Below, piece after piece: positions 1 through 9,059 of a DNA stretch of 64,000 nt (position 1 is its first letter; each line of letters opens with the position of its first letter). A model generated the notes under the pieces. The model was not told the DNA's origin, made no database searches, and saw only the letters and a list, made by a program, of their open reading frames with translations. Both the position numbers and the translations under genes were made by a program. Source of the DNA: an uncultured virus (IMG/VR IMGVR_UViG_3300029922_000048) (Duplodnaviria; Heunggongvirae; Uroviricota; Caudoviricetes); the IMG/VR virus record IMGVR_UViG_3300029922_000048; one strand, given 5' to 3'.

Positions 1-1
1 A

Positions 2-364
2 GGCGATGATGTTCTGACCAACGTTGCTAACAACTACGCCCAGACTAAGCTTTATCAACTTCGATACGGGGATCGCGTGGGGTCTATTACGCTTCCACTC
101 AATTCTAATTGGGCTCCTGGCGCATGCGGGGTATTGGAGACAAAACAAGGTGGGGTATACTGTTTTTTCTTTGTTCAGAGCGTTACTCATGAGCTGTCAA
201 TTTCATCGTCAAACACAGGTAATGCTACCACCACGGTAGTTTTTTCTTGTGGTAGAGTTGGAACAAATCCTTTAAGTATCGGAAAAGATGAATTTTTCAA
301 TTATACTCCTGATCAGATGCATTCTATGGCACAACAATTTGTTGTAGACGTATCGACCCTGTAA
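2..364 (+). CDS. 5'-truncated protein, probably tail/baseplate hub-like structural protein
   Basis: Frame open from base 2 (GDDVLTNVANNYAQTKLYQLRYGDRVGSITLPL...) to TAA at 364; lies upstream of the baseplate cluster; function from context only. Confidence 0.45.
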   Translation, partial: GDDVLTNVANNYAQTKLYQLRYGDRVGSITLPLNSNWAPGACGVLETKQGGVYCFFFVQSVTHELSISSSNTGNATTTVVFSCGRVGTNPLSIGKDEFFNYTPDQMHSMAQQFVVDVSTL

Positions 365-372
365 TTTTCCTT

Positions 373-1005
373 ATGAACGACATTGATAAACTCATCGAGG
401 ACCACCGCCGTCTCATCGACTCGGAGGCGTTCAAGTATGCCACCAACGTACCTGCCACGACCGTCAAGATAGAGGCCTACAAGATCGCCCGAGACGCCGC
501 TAAGCGCTATGATCCTAAGGAAGGGGTAAAGTTCTCCACTTACCTGACAAAGTCGCTCCAGAAGCTTTCCAGGCTCAATACGGAGTATGGGGCAATCGTT
601 CGCGTTCCGGAGAACAAGCAGTTCAAAATCAATCAGCTCAACCAGGTCGAGAAGGAGCTTGAGGCCAATTATGGACGCCCACCAACGTTAGAGGAGTTAT
701 CGGACCACACCGGTTTCAACATCCCTACTGTGTCGGGTCTTATACAGAACCGCAAATCCACCGTCAATTTGGCGAACTTATCTTACTCACCTGTATTTGT
801 TGATAACTCAAATGATGAATGGGTCCACTTTGTTTATAATGATTTAGCACCTCGTGACAAACTTATTTTAGAGCACAAAATTGGTTTTGGAGGTAAACCA
901 ATCCTCGACAACGATGTACTGGCTGAGAAGTTGAATATATCACAATCCACTCTAAGCAACCGTCTTAAGATGATTGTAGATAAGATACAAGAGGGGTGGA
1001 AATAA
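373..1005 (+). CDS. Phage sigma-70-family RNA polymerase sigma factor
   Basis: Region 2 motif KRYDPKEGVKFSTY, linker IVRVPE, region 3 GRPPTLEELS, region 4 LAPRDKLIL...LAEKLNISQSTLS HTH. Confidence 0.9.
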   Translation: MNDIDKLIEDHRRLIDSEAFKYATNVPATTVKIEAYKIARDAAKRYDPKEGVKFSTYLTKSLQKLSRLNTEYGAIVRVPENKQFKINQLNQVEKELEANYGRPPTLEELSDHTGFNIPTVSGLIQNRKSTVNLANLSYSPVFVDNSNDEWVHFVYNDLAPRDKLILEHKIGFGGKPILDNDVLAEKLNISQSTLSNRLKMIVDKIQEGWK

Positions 1006-1006
1006 A

Positions 1007-1438
1007 ATGGCTACAATCACTTCTCTAACTCAGATGCACGGGTTGATCGCTACTTGGATGGAACAAAACGTCTTCCAATCTAGAACACAGCAGGGAGATA
1101 AATCGAGACAGTGGGCTGCCACCGCACTAGGTCTTCCATCCAGCGGCGCTACCACCATGACCCAAGCGGCCTTCAGAGCCTTTGTGGATCGGTCAGGGTT
1201 GAACAAGCAATATGCCACTCAATACCAGTCCCAAAATGTGGCCGATAAGAAGGACCTGGTATGCATAAAAGTAGAGATAAGCGTACTATATAGCTTTCTT
1301 AAATGTTTTGTTGAACGACATAAATCTCGGTTGATGTACTATCGTGACGACCTGTCGAAAAAGGGGTATCGTGTGATGTATAACGTCAAGTTGTCTGAAC
1401 AGTACCACACCCAGGTCCAACAGGAGCTACAAGCCTAA
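1007..1438 (+). CDS. Hypothetical protein (structural cluster)
   Basis: 143 aa ORF tightly coupled to both neighbours. Confidence 0.6.
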   Translation: MATITSLTQMHGLIATWMEQNVFQSRTQQGDKSRQWAATALGLPSSGATTMTQAAFRAFVDRSGLNKQYATQYQSQNVADKKDLVCIKVEISVLYSFLKCFVERHKSRLMYYRDDLSKKGYRVMYNVKLSEQYHTQVQQELQA

Positions 1439-1917
1439 TGCCCATCACGAACGACACAGTTGATTATTCGAACCGGACCGTCGATATCCTGATACTAGGA
1501 GGCGTCGATGGGCTGATCCCTGGTGTCCAGGTGGACTCACTGACCTTTGGAAAACCTTCCCAGCAGGTGACCGGTGTTCAGAAGCTAATCCAACGTTATG
1601 CCATCAGCCTTCTGACCATCCTTGGGTCGCAGACCAACTACCCTGACTTCGGTACTTCGTTCCTGTCGTCCCTACAGTCTGGACAGCAGGTCACCAAGGT
1701 ATCGGGTACCCATATTTTCAACTTTGCTAACATCGCGGTTATTAGCGAGTTCCGAGATTACCAGATAGCAAATCCAGGCATTCCACTTGACGAGCAGATC
1801 AACGGCGCTAGTTTGTTGAGTTTAACCGCGTCGGGTGGTAACATAAACTTTACGGTCTCGATCACCACGAAGGCAGGCACGAGCCTCTCCTTTGTTGTGC
1901 CGCTACCCCTGAAATAA
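1438..1917 (+). CDS. Baseplate wedge protein, gp25/GpW-like
   Basis: TGVQKLIQR...LLTILGS...PDFGT motif and beta-rich C-terminus; directly before baseplate J-like gene. Confidence 0.7.
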   Translation: MPITNDTVDYSNRTVDILILGGVDGLIPGVQVDSLTFGKPSQQVTGVQKLIQRYAISLLTILGSQTNYPDFGTSFLSSLQSGQQVTKVSGTHIFNFANIAVISEFRDYQIANPGIPLDEQINGASLLSLTASGGNINFTVSITTKAGTSLSFVVPLPLK

Positions 1918-1918
1918 C

Positions 1919-3541
1919 ATGTCCGAGACTATCCAAGATACACAGACAAGACTAGCGGCGTTCATTCTGGAGAACAATCCGAATGCCGACGTTGGCCCAG
2001 GTACCGTCTTGAGCGAGCTGGTAGTCAAACTGGCTGCGACGGCCCAGAACGGAATCTACAATGATGTCCAGGCCCTGGAGGCAGTATCGGCGGTCCAGAC
2101 CGCTCTTGCGTCTACGGTTCCGACCTACACAATCCCACTGATCGATAACATCGCGTCGAACTTCCTGACGACCCGTTATCAAGGTAAGGTCTCGGGAGGT
2201 ATCTTGAAGGTTACAGTAGCTGCTGGAAACAGAGGCTATACAATCCCTTCCGGTACCCTGTTCGTTCAGCCCACCATCAATCTGCAGTATCAGACCTCCC
2301 AGACCTACACAGTGGTGACTGGTACACCCGGCAGCTCCACCGAGCTACCTCTCTTGACTGATGGCACAACTTTCTACTTCCTACTGCCTGTTTCAGCCAC
2401 GGCAGCGGGATCGCAATATCAGGTGTCGAGTGGGGCATCCTTCTCGGTAGTGGGTACCTCCAATCTGAGCAATATCGTTTCGATTGTATCTTATGGTGCG
2501 TTCACCTCAGGGTTACCACAAGATTCGGACCAGGTGCTGCTTGCCAAGATGCAGACCAACATCACCAATCTGTCTCTGACATCCTCGAAGGCAATCGCAG
2601 CCACAATCCTGCAGGCGTTCCCCGATTTCCAATCCTTGTCCTCGGTCGGGGCCAACGACGCTGAGATGATGCGTTCGAAGCGTAATTTCTGCGGTGTATC
2701 GACATTCGGTAAGGCTGACATTTACGTTCGTACCTCAGTCGGGGTGGAACAGGTGGTCATTCAGGAGACCGCCACAAAGGTATCGGCGGGAGTTTGGCAG
2801 CTCAACATAGGTGCCACTGATGCGCCTGGGTTTTACCAGATTACCTCCCTGCTCCCAACACCAGTCAACAACACGACGGTAATGGGTACGCTACCGATCA
2901 AATCCATCACATTTGGGTACAGCCAAGACCAGTTCCCCACCAACAACGAGATCGATAACGCTACCGACGCACGATTCTCGTGCTATCAGACCGCTACGGT
3001 ACAGTTCGCCTACAGCGAGGTACCTTCTGTTGCTCCAGGCGCGACGGCCTCTATGGACGTGGCAGTCAATTACATGCCTAACCTGTCGGCTATCCAGACC
3101 ATGTTCCAGGCTGAGCCTACGAGAATCCTCTGTGGTGACTATCTGGTCCGTGGGGCCATTCCTTGTTTCGTGTCCCTCAACTTGGCGTTGTTCAAGATCA
3201 ATCCGACCGATACTGAGGCTTCCATCAACATCCCTCAGATGAAGCAGGACATCTTCAACTACGTCAACACGATACCGTTCGGGGAGAGCCTATACGCTTC
3301 CAAGATCGTCGAGATTTGCCACAATTATCCAATCAAGCGAGTGGACCTACCGATTTCGATGAGTGGTTTGATCTATGGAGTTGACGGCTCGACACAATTG
3401 ATCTCCAATAGTGATGTTCTGACAATTCCCACAAACTTGACTGCTGGTGTGACTCCGAAGACCACTGCGTATTTCATAGACTACGTCGGTCAAAACTTGA
3501 GTGGGAATTCTGTCGATAACATCGGCATCTCACTCACGTAA
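1919..3541 (+). CDS. Baseplate J-like (gp6-like) wedge protein
   Basis: N-terminal DVGPGTVLSELVV, IDNIASNFLTTR, IPSGT, SG..QDSD..LL..M and GKADIYV motifs. Confidence 0.8.
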   Translation: MSETIQDTQTRLAAFILENNPNADVGPGTVLSELVVKLAATAQNGIYNDVQALEAVSAVQTALASTVPTYTIPLIDNIASNFLTTRYQGKVSGGILKVTVAAGNRGYTIPSGTLFVQPTINLQYQTSQTYTVVTGTPGSSTELPLLTDGTTFYFLLPVSATAAGSQYQVSSGASFSVVGTSNLSNIVSIVSYGAFTSGLPQDSDQVLLAKMQTNITNLSLTSSKAIAATILQAFPDFQSLSSVGANDAEMMRSKRNFCGVSTFGKADIYVRTSVGVEQVVIQETATKVSAGVWQLNIGATDAPGFYQITSLLPTPVNNTTVMGTLPIKSITFGYSQDQFPTNNEIDNATDARFSCYQTATVQFAYSEVPSVAPGATASMDVAVNYMPNLSAIQTMFQAEPTRILCGDYLVRGAIPCFVSLNLALFKINPTDTEASINIPQMKQDIFNYVNTIPFGESLYASKIVEICHNYPIKRVDLPISMSGLIYGVDGSTQLISNSDVLTIPTNLTAGVTPKTTAYFIDYVGQNLSGNSVDNIGISLT

Positions 3542-5319
3542 TGCAAACCAAATATCCCATCACGCAGTACCCAACCGGCGATGTAACGGACCCAAATGTC
3601 CTTCAGGCCTCCCTGGGTAGCTTTTGGAACATTGTCTTTCGTGAGACCACCACCATCACAGGGTACTGTGAGGGTTTGGCGGAGGAGTTGTATCAGACCT
3701 ACCTGAATCTGATTGAGGCGGTCAGCAGCTTCGGGGTCAGCCAGGAACAGGTTCTCTCCAGCAGAAAGTGGTACCCACTCGTAGTCAAGCTGTCGCAGCT
3801 GAACAATAGCCCTCTATTGTTTGAACCCAACGAGGCTGTCTTTGGACCACAACCCACAACTGATCCGTTTTATGCGGGCATCACGTTCAAGTTTGGAGGC
3901 ACGAAGTCGCCAAGCCAGAACGTCTGGACCGTAGCGGTGCCGACCAGCTTCACTGATTTCTCAGTCATTGCCAACCGTGTCATGGTCCCATCGACCGTGT
4001 ACGTCAACAATGTGGATGTAACACTTCAGAACTCGGTTCTGTACTTCAATTCCGATCCGTTCGAGGATTTGAATAACACCACCTACCCGATCATCAACGA
4101 GCAGGGAGTACCCGCTACTTTCACGGACGATAACGGAAACGTCCAGCAGGATCGGTTCATGGTTCTGTGGTGCTACCGGATGAAGCAGGACAACCAGAAT
4201 GTCACCAACAACTTCGGCTATATCTTCGGTCTTAACCTACCTTCCACCGATCAGTCTAAGCAGATCATCAAGGCACTCTTCAGTCTCAGTGTTGGCGGAG
4301 CTACTCCGTCTCGCCTGAAGACCATGATAGCAACCCTCTCCGGCATTCCGGTCATCATCGAGAACCAGGAGACCATCGAGTTAGTCTATCAGGATAGTAC
4401 CAGTCAGATTGTGGTCACTGACCAACATGTCTATCGATTTGACTTTGCTCTTAATCTGCTACCCACCGCCATACCGGGAGGAGTCTTCTACACGGGGGAC
4501 GTGTTGGTGGACGCCATCCAATACTTTGACAGCTCTGTACTGCCTCGCTGGTGGGACCAGGTATTCAAGGGGTGGAAGTCGGTACCATTCTCGTCGAACG
4601 TCTTCCTGGGGTCATATAAGTTTCAGCTATCCTTCAGTACCGCCCTGGAGTTGGTAACACTTTCGGAGGCAGGCGTCCTGAACTTCCCGGTGCAGGGGTT
4701 GCCTGGAGACGTAGCGGCGTTCAACGCCATGCTGAACAATCCCGACAGATTACCCGACATCGTGTCGGGATTCGGTCTCTCAACCAACCCGTCCACCTAC
4801 AAGCCTGCCGTACCGATCATTCCATCGCAGTGGCTTTTCCAAAATTTCTTCAAGGATAACATGGGGCTCCTTTACATCAATCTTCCTAGCTCCACGACTA
4901 CGTCCTATGTGGCTGATTTCATGGACATCGTCAGACCACTTCTTCCGCCTCATGTATTTCTAATGCAGCAGATTACATTCAATTTCCCTGAAGATATATA
5001 TGACCAATTGAACGATTGCTACCTCATTCCGGCCCTGTCCGCTACCCCGTTTAATGCCGATGGATCGGACCGGAATGGCTTCATTGCTAACGAAGCACCT
5101 TACTATTTTAACAATTTGCCCACCAGGTTGTTCGTAGTTGCAAAGGCCCCCATGATCGACACAACACCTCTGGCAGATGAGTCAAATTACGACGTTGTAA
5201 GCATGAATTCTATCGGAGACGCCCAAGCGGTCTGCCGAGCCGCCAAGGTGTTCACCCATATTCCCGATGGAGCTACGACCCGTACGGTTCGTACATTGTC
5301 GATTGTTGACTTCTCCTAA
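3541..5319 (+). CDS. Baseplate/tail structural protein (wedge-like)
   Basis: 592 aa, coupled to baseplate J; C-terminal ...VRPLLPPHVF resembles the P-x-H motif of wedge partner proteins. Confidence 0.55.
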   Translation: MQTKYPITQYPTGDVTDPNVLQASLGSFWNIVFRETTTITGYCEGLAEELYQTYLNLIEAVSSFGVSQEQVLSSRKWYPLVVKLSQLNNSPLLFEPNEAVFGPQPTTDPFYAGITFKFGGTKSPSQNVWTVAVPTSFTDFSVIANRVMVPSTVYVNNVDVTLQNSVLYFNSDPFEDLNNTTYPIINEQGVPATFTDDNGNVQQDRFMVLWCYRMKQDNQNVTNNFGYIFGLNLPSTDQSKQIIKALFSLSVGGATPSRLKTMIATLSGIPVIIENQETIELVYQDSTSQIVVTDQHVYRFDFALNLLPTAIPGGVFYTGDVLVDAIQYFDSSVLPRWWDQVFKGWKSVPFSSNVFLGSYKFQLSFSTALELVTLSEAGVLNFPVQGLPGDVAAFNAMLNNPDRLPDIVSGFGLSTNPSTYKPAVPIIPSQWLFQNFFKDNMGLLYINLPSSTTTSYVADFMDIVRPLLPPHVFLMQQITFNFPEDIYDQLNDCYLIPALSATPFNADGSDRNGFIANEAPYYFNNLPTRLFVVAKAPMIDTTPLADESNYDVVSMNSIGDAQAVCRAAKVFTHIPDGATTRTVRTLSIVDFS

Positions 5320-5334
5320 CCCCACCATTACACT
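5306..5334 (+). promoter_or_regulatory. Sigma70-type promoter TTGACT-N17-TACACT
   Basis: -35 at 5306-5311, -10 at 5329-5334, ATG at 5339/5345. Confidence 0.6.
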
Positions 5335-5338
5335 CAAG

Positions 5339-5926
5339 ATGAACATGAATCAGCCTATCGAAACCAAACCTGAAGTCTTCAAGGCCCGCTTCAAAGGGTT
5401 CGTCAAAATTTGGCGTGTACATAAGCAAACCGGCGAAAAGACTTTGGTCGTTGATAAGGACAATACGGTCCTAAACCTTGGTGCAGGGCTTCTTGCTTCG
5501 TTGTTATCTGGTTCAACTGGAACAGGTATCAGTACTTTTTACGTTGGCTTTAACAATAACGAATCCTTTACGTACCCGACCATCGACACCTCTTACAGCC
5601 AGCCGTTCAATCAATTGGACGCTGGAGCTGGATTCGGTTACCTACGTCTACCGTTGGCGTTCCCACCAAGTTTCCTGTCAGACTCCGGTTACACCAACAA
5701 TACGGTCATTTTCTCTACCATCATCGCGTCCGCTACCTCATTCTACGGAGCTACCTTCACGAGTGACACGAGTCAGATTTACGAGATTGCCTTGGTGGCG
5801 ACTCCTTCCAGCAACCCGAACGACGACATTCCGTTTGCTCGTATCAACTTCAATCAGATCGAATTCGATTCTTCGTATGCACTAGCGATCAGCTGGGGCA
5901 TCAAGTTTCTCGCGGCGACTGACTAA
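5339..5926 (+). CDS. Virion structural protein (tail/baseplate)
   Basis: FKGFVKIW..., NTVL..GA.LL, IYEIAL...FARINF...ISW pattern seen in tail-collar/baseplate proteins; start re-called at ATG 5339. Confidence 0.55.
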   Translation: MNMNQPIETKPEVFKARFKGFVKIWRVHKQTGEKTLVVDKDNTVLNLGAGLLASLLSGSTGTGISTFYVGFNNNESFTYPTIDTSYSQPFNQLDAGAGFGYLRLPLAFPPSFLSDSGYTNNTVIFSTIIASATSFYGATFTSDTSQIYEIALVATPSSNPNDDIPFARINFNQIEFDSSYALAISWGIKFLAATD

Positions 5927-5931
5927 CCTCT

Positions 5932-8136
5932 ATGCCTAGCACCACGCAAAATTGGGTACCTCAAGTTACACCCGTCCAGGATGGAACAGATGTCGATGCA
6001 GCAGTGCTGAATCCCATCGTGGCTCAGCTTGTGGCCCGCGAGCAGTATTTGTACGACCAGTTCAACAACGCACTGAACTTGTCAGTTCTAACAGCGTTCT
6101 CGCAACCCATTCATCCTACCGAAGTTAACAACATAGTACCCGGTAACATGATGGCAGTCTATTTTGCCAGTGACAATACGGGTGTTGGGCTCAAGCGGGC
6201 CATCGTAGGTTTCACCAACGACCCGACAACAACAAGCTTTGTCGTAGCGAATTCCGCCTATACCTTCGGGATCACCAGCAATGTGTCGAACATTGGTACC
6301 GCTGACTTGTGGATAGAGGGTTTGGTGAATCTGCCGATCAACATCGACGACCCCACTAATGGGTTACTGCAGCCTATCTCAGCCGACGCAGTAGAGACTT
6401 TCCGAGTTGGCCCCTACTATTTGTCTCAGACTTTCCCAGGTAAGCTCACTTCTAGCCCTGGTGGGTTGGCGGTACTGGTCGGCTACGGTATCAGCCAGAC
6501 GCAATTCTTGATAGCTCCTAACGTGGATCAGTTTAGCCAATTGTTCCAGAACTACCGTTTCAACGTGCTGGACCGCCCCACAGCTGCCCCGGTGCTGACT
6601 AGCACCACGTGGACCATTCCGAATTCCGACATGACCCGTTTGGGTTGGGTAGACATCGTGTGGCTTCAGGCCAATAATCCCTCGGCTATCGCAGGTTACA
6701 CTATCCCGGCAGGAGCCAAGTTCCTCTACAACGTTCCATCTAGCTACACCACCGACAACGGTGACAATAGTGCCTCGGATGGCGTAGGGAACAATACAAC
6801 GACTTTCACATCGGCATCAGGTACCTTCGTAGACGCAATGGAGGGCATGACGATCACGATCACAGGCGTAGGGACTCGAACTATCGTAACAGTAAACTCT
6901 GGCACGAACTTGACATTAAACTCAGCAGTTGCGACCGGTACAGGCTACACGTACTCGATTGGTAGTCTATTCCCTTACGAACAAGTTGAGGCTACCGAGC
7001 TGGCTACCTTGTTGCCTCCGACTCCTGCGGATTTCAATACCTTGACGGTCAATGGTGTGGAGCAAATTTTCCGCAATGTTGATGATCCTGACGGTGTGTA
7101 CTCGATTGATAATTTCGGTATCTGGTGGTACGGCAACCAGGACGGTCAGCAGCCTTGGGCTCACGATCTAGGTAGTGGGTGGACTCCCGCAGACTGGCTT
7201 AACACCACTGCGACCGACGCGGGCCGTATGCGTATTTTCCTGCAGTTCGTGCGATTCAACCCCGCCTATAACCAGGTTTTCGTCACCTCACTGGCTCCGT
7301 TTAACGACGGCGAGACCAACAATTCGAACCCCTCGATCTCGTTCGTCGATAAGGTTACCCAGCTACCGGCCACGACGGGTGACCTGCAGTTGAAGTTCAC
7401 TCAGGCGTTTGCCGATGACGTAGACGCTGTTTCGGGTAGCACGGCGATTGGCACGATGACGTTCGACCCGGTCGCGGGTGTCTGGACTCGTACCAACGTC
7501 CCAGTTGTATCAGCGGTTCAGGGTGCACCTGGCTCCGGCCTCGTCTTCACCGAATCACCGGTAGGCTCAGGTCAGTACATCGCAAGCTTCCAGGCACAGG
7601 GTGTGTCGGGAATGTGCTATGATGTGACTCCCACTAACTCAGAATTGCAGAATCTCGCCGGAAGCCTCCACAGTTACATCAAGCTTCCCTACACGACGCA
7701 GCCCATCGACTACGGACTGACCGGTAAGATTGTACTCCCCCAATCCTTCCCGTCATCGAAGCTCCTCTACTTGGTTCTTCACGTCATCGGTATGAATAAT
7801 GTGTCGGGTGCAAACGTCAACTTGGTTTTCAACTTTTCGTTCAACGTCAGCACAGTCATCAACGGTGCAGCCCCTCCCGTCATTCTGGCCGCTAACTCGA
7901 CAGGGTCAAACGCAGTGGTGACCAACGACACCAACGCCGGGCCTGTAACTCTTACGTTGCCAACCAATTACACGACTCAACAGGCCTATAAGCTAAAGTC
8001 CGCTTCACTAGCCATCCCAGCTGCCAATATTGGAGAGGATAGCATCGTGAACTTCAACATCAGCCGCGCGTTTTCGGGTTCGAATCTCTACACTGGTGAC
8101 ATCGGCGTTTTGGCAGTATATTGGAGTTTGATCTAG
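5932..8136 (+). CDS. Virion structural protein (tail fibre/baseplate attachment)
   Basis: 734 aa, T/S/G/V-rich; N-terminal DG..VDA.V.N.IV.QL..R.QYL typical of tail-fibre anchor segments. Confidence 0.55.
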   Translation: MPSTTQNWVPQVTPVQDGTDVDAAVLNPIVAQLVAREQYLYDQFNNALNLSVLTAFSQPIHPTEVNNIVPGNMMAVYFASDNTGVGLKRAIVGFTNDPTTTSFVVANSAYTFGITSNVSNIGTADLWIEGLVNLPINIDDPTNGLLQPISADAVETFRVGPYYLSQTFPGKLTSSPGGLAVLVGYGISQTQFLIAPNVDQFSQLFQNYRFNVLDRPTAAPVLTSTTWTIPNSDMTRLGWVDIVWLQANNPSAIAGYTIPAGAKFLYNVPSSYTTDNGDNSASDGVGNNTTTFTSASGTFVDAMEGMTITITGVGTRTIVTVNSGTNLTLNSAVATGTGYTYSIGSLFPYEQVEATELATLLPPTPADFNTLTVNGVEQIFRNVDDPDGVYSIDNFGIWWYGNQDGQQPWAHDLGSGWTPADWLNTTATDAGRMRIFLQFVRFNPAYNQVFVTSLAPFNDGETNNSNPSISFVDKVTQLPATTGDLQLKFTQAFADDVDAVSGSTAIGTMTFDPVAGVWTRTNVPVVSAVQGAPGSGLVFTESPVGSGQYIASFQAQGVSGMCYDVTPTNSELQNLAGSLHSYIKLPYTTQPIDYGLTGKIVLPQSFPSSKLLYLVLHVIGMNNVSGANVNLVFNFSFNVSTVINGAAPPVILAANSTGSNAVVTNDTNAGPVTLTLPTNYTTQQAYKLKSASLAIPAANIGEDSIVNFNISRAFSGSNLYTGDIGVLAVYWSLI

Positions 8137-8156
8137 GCTGCAGTTTGATCTAGGCT
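8125..8156 (+). repeat. 15-bp direct repeat AGTTTGATCTAGGCT x2, 17-bp period
   Basis: Exact copies at 8125-8139 and 8142-8156. Confidence 0.95.
8128..8156 (+). promoter_or_regulatory. Sigma70-type promoter TTGATC-N17-TAGGCT, 6 nt before ATG
   Basis: -35 at 8128-8133, -10 at 8151-8156, ATG at 8163. Confidence 0.55.
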
Positions 8157-8162
8157 ACCAGT

Positions 8163-9056
8163 ATGCCGTTGATTGATAGCCTGGAGTGGCTGAATCAGAA
8201 CTCGTTAAGAAGCTACCCGATCCGTGATGGACTTAGTCGTCTTGATCTGACGGGACAGTTCCTTATCCCTAATGACTTCATGGTGGACTTTTCGTTGGCG
8301 ACCGGTGGGGCCGTCACGAACCGGTACTACGTTGCTGCTATACAGAATCAGCTGTCCAGCGTCATCGTTACGGTGGCGGATCAGGATGGTACTGTGGTAG
8401 GTACGTTCACTATCGAGGCTGGCACATTCACAGAGAACCAAGTTTGCAGCCTCGTTACCTCACCAGGGTCCTACCAGGTCGCGACAGGTAAGCTCACCGT
8501 GGGGAGCCTGGAAGGTATGTCATTGGCCCCGACAGGCACCTACAGTTTTTCTCTGACTTCTGCCGAGTTTCTTTCTCGAACTATCATGACTTCCTTGGTA
8601 GGTGTGTCGTCCATCACCTTCCAGGACGACCGAGGTATCACCAATACTCTGCAGGGCAACGTCAACATTGTAGCGAGAACCAACCTGCGGTTCACCTACG
8701 ATAGTGGCTCCAATACTCTCACCCTGGATGCTGGTGAAGGACTCGGACTCAACACTGCGTGTGTGGAACCCACCTACATCACTCGTATCAATGGTGTTAC
8801 ACCAGATGAGAATGGCAACATTTCCATCCTGGGAGTAGGCTGCACTGGCATCACAACATCGTCATCGGCGTCCTTAACGATCAACGATGAATGCTGTGTT
8901 CCATGCTCGGGTTGCACAGACCTCGCCACCTTGACTGCGAGATTGACGCAGCTTGAAAGTGACCTCACGAGTCTCCAGAGTTACTTCCAATTCCTCCAGG
9001 GTGCACAAAGTAACTTCGATGCGGCTACGAACGCCAGCGCCAACTGCTCATGCTAA
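8163..9056 (+). CDS. Tail structural protein, paralog 1 (N-x-x-R-x-YP family), Cys-rich with C-terminal coiled coil
   Basis: LEWLNQNSLRSYP N-terminus; INGVTPDENGNI repeat; CCVPCSGC; heptad segment. Confidence 0.6.
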   Translation: MPLIDSLEWLNQNSLRSYPIRDGLSRLDLTGQFLIPNDFMVDFSLATGGAVTNRYYVAAIQNQLSSVIVTVADQDGTVVGTFTIEAGTFTENQVCSLVTSPGSYQVATGKLTVGSLEGMSLAPTGTYSFSLTSAEFLSRTIMTSLVGVSSITFQDDRGITNTLQGNVNIVARTNLRFTYDSGSNTLTLDAGEGLGLNTACVEPTYITRINGVTPDENGNISILGVGCTGITTSSSASLTINDECCVPCSGCTDLATLTARLTQLESDLTSLQSYFQFLQGAQSNFDAATNASANCSC

Positions 9057-9059
9057 CAA

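Noticed and set aside
5267..5338. ORF-track starts upstream of likely true starts (also 16967, 19201, 29194, 36370, 57003)
   Set aside because: They overlap upstream genes, hairpins or promoters; downstream ATGs fit coupling or promoter spacing better
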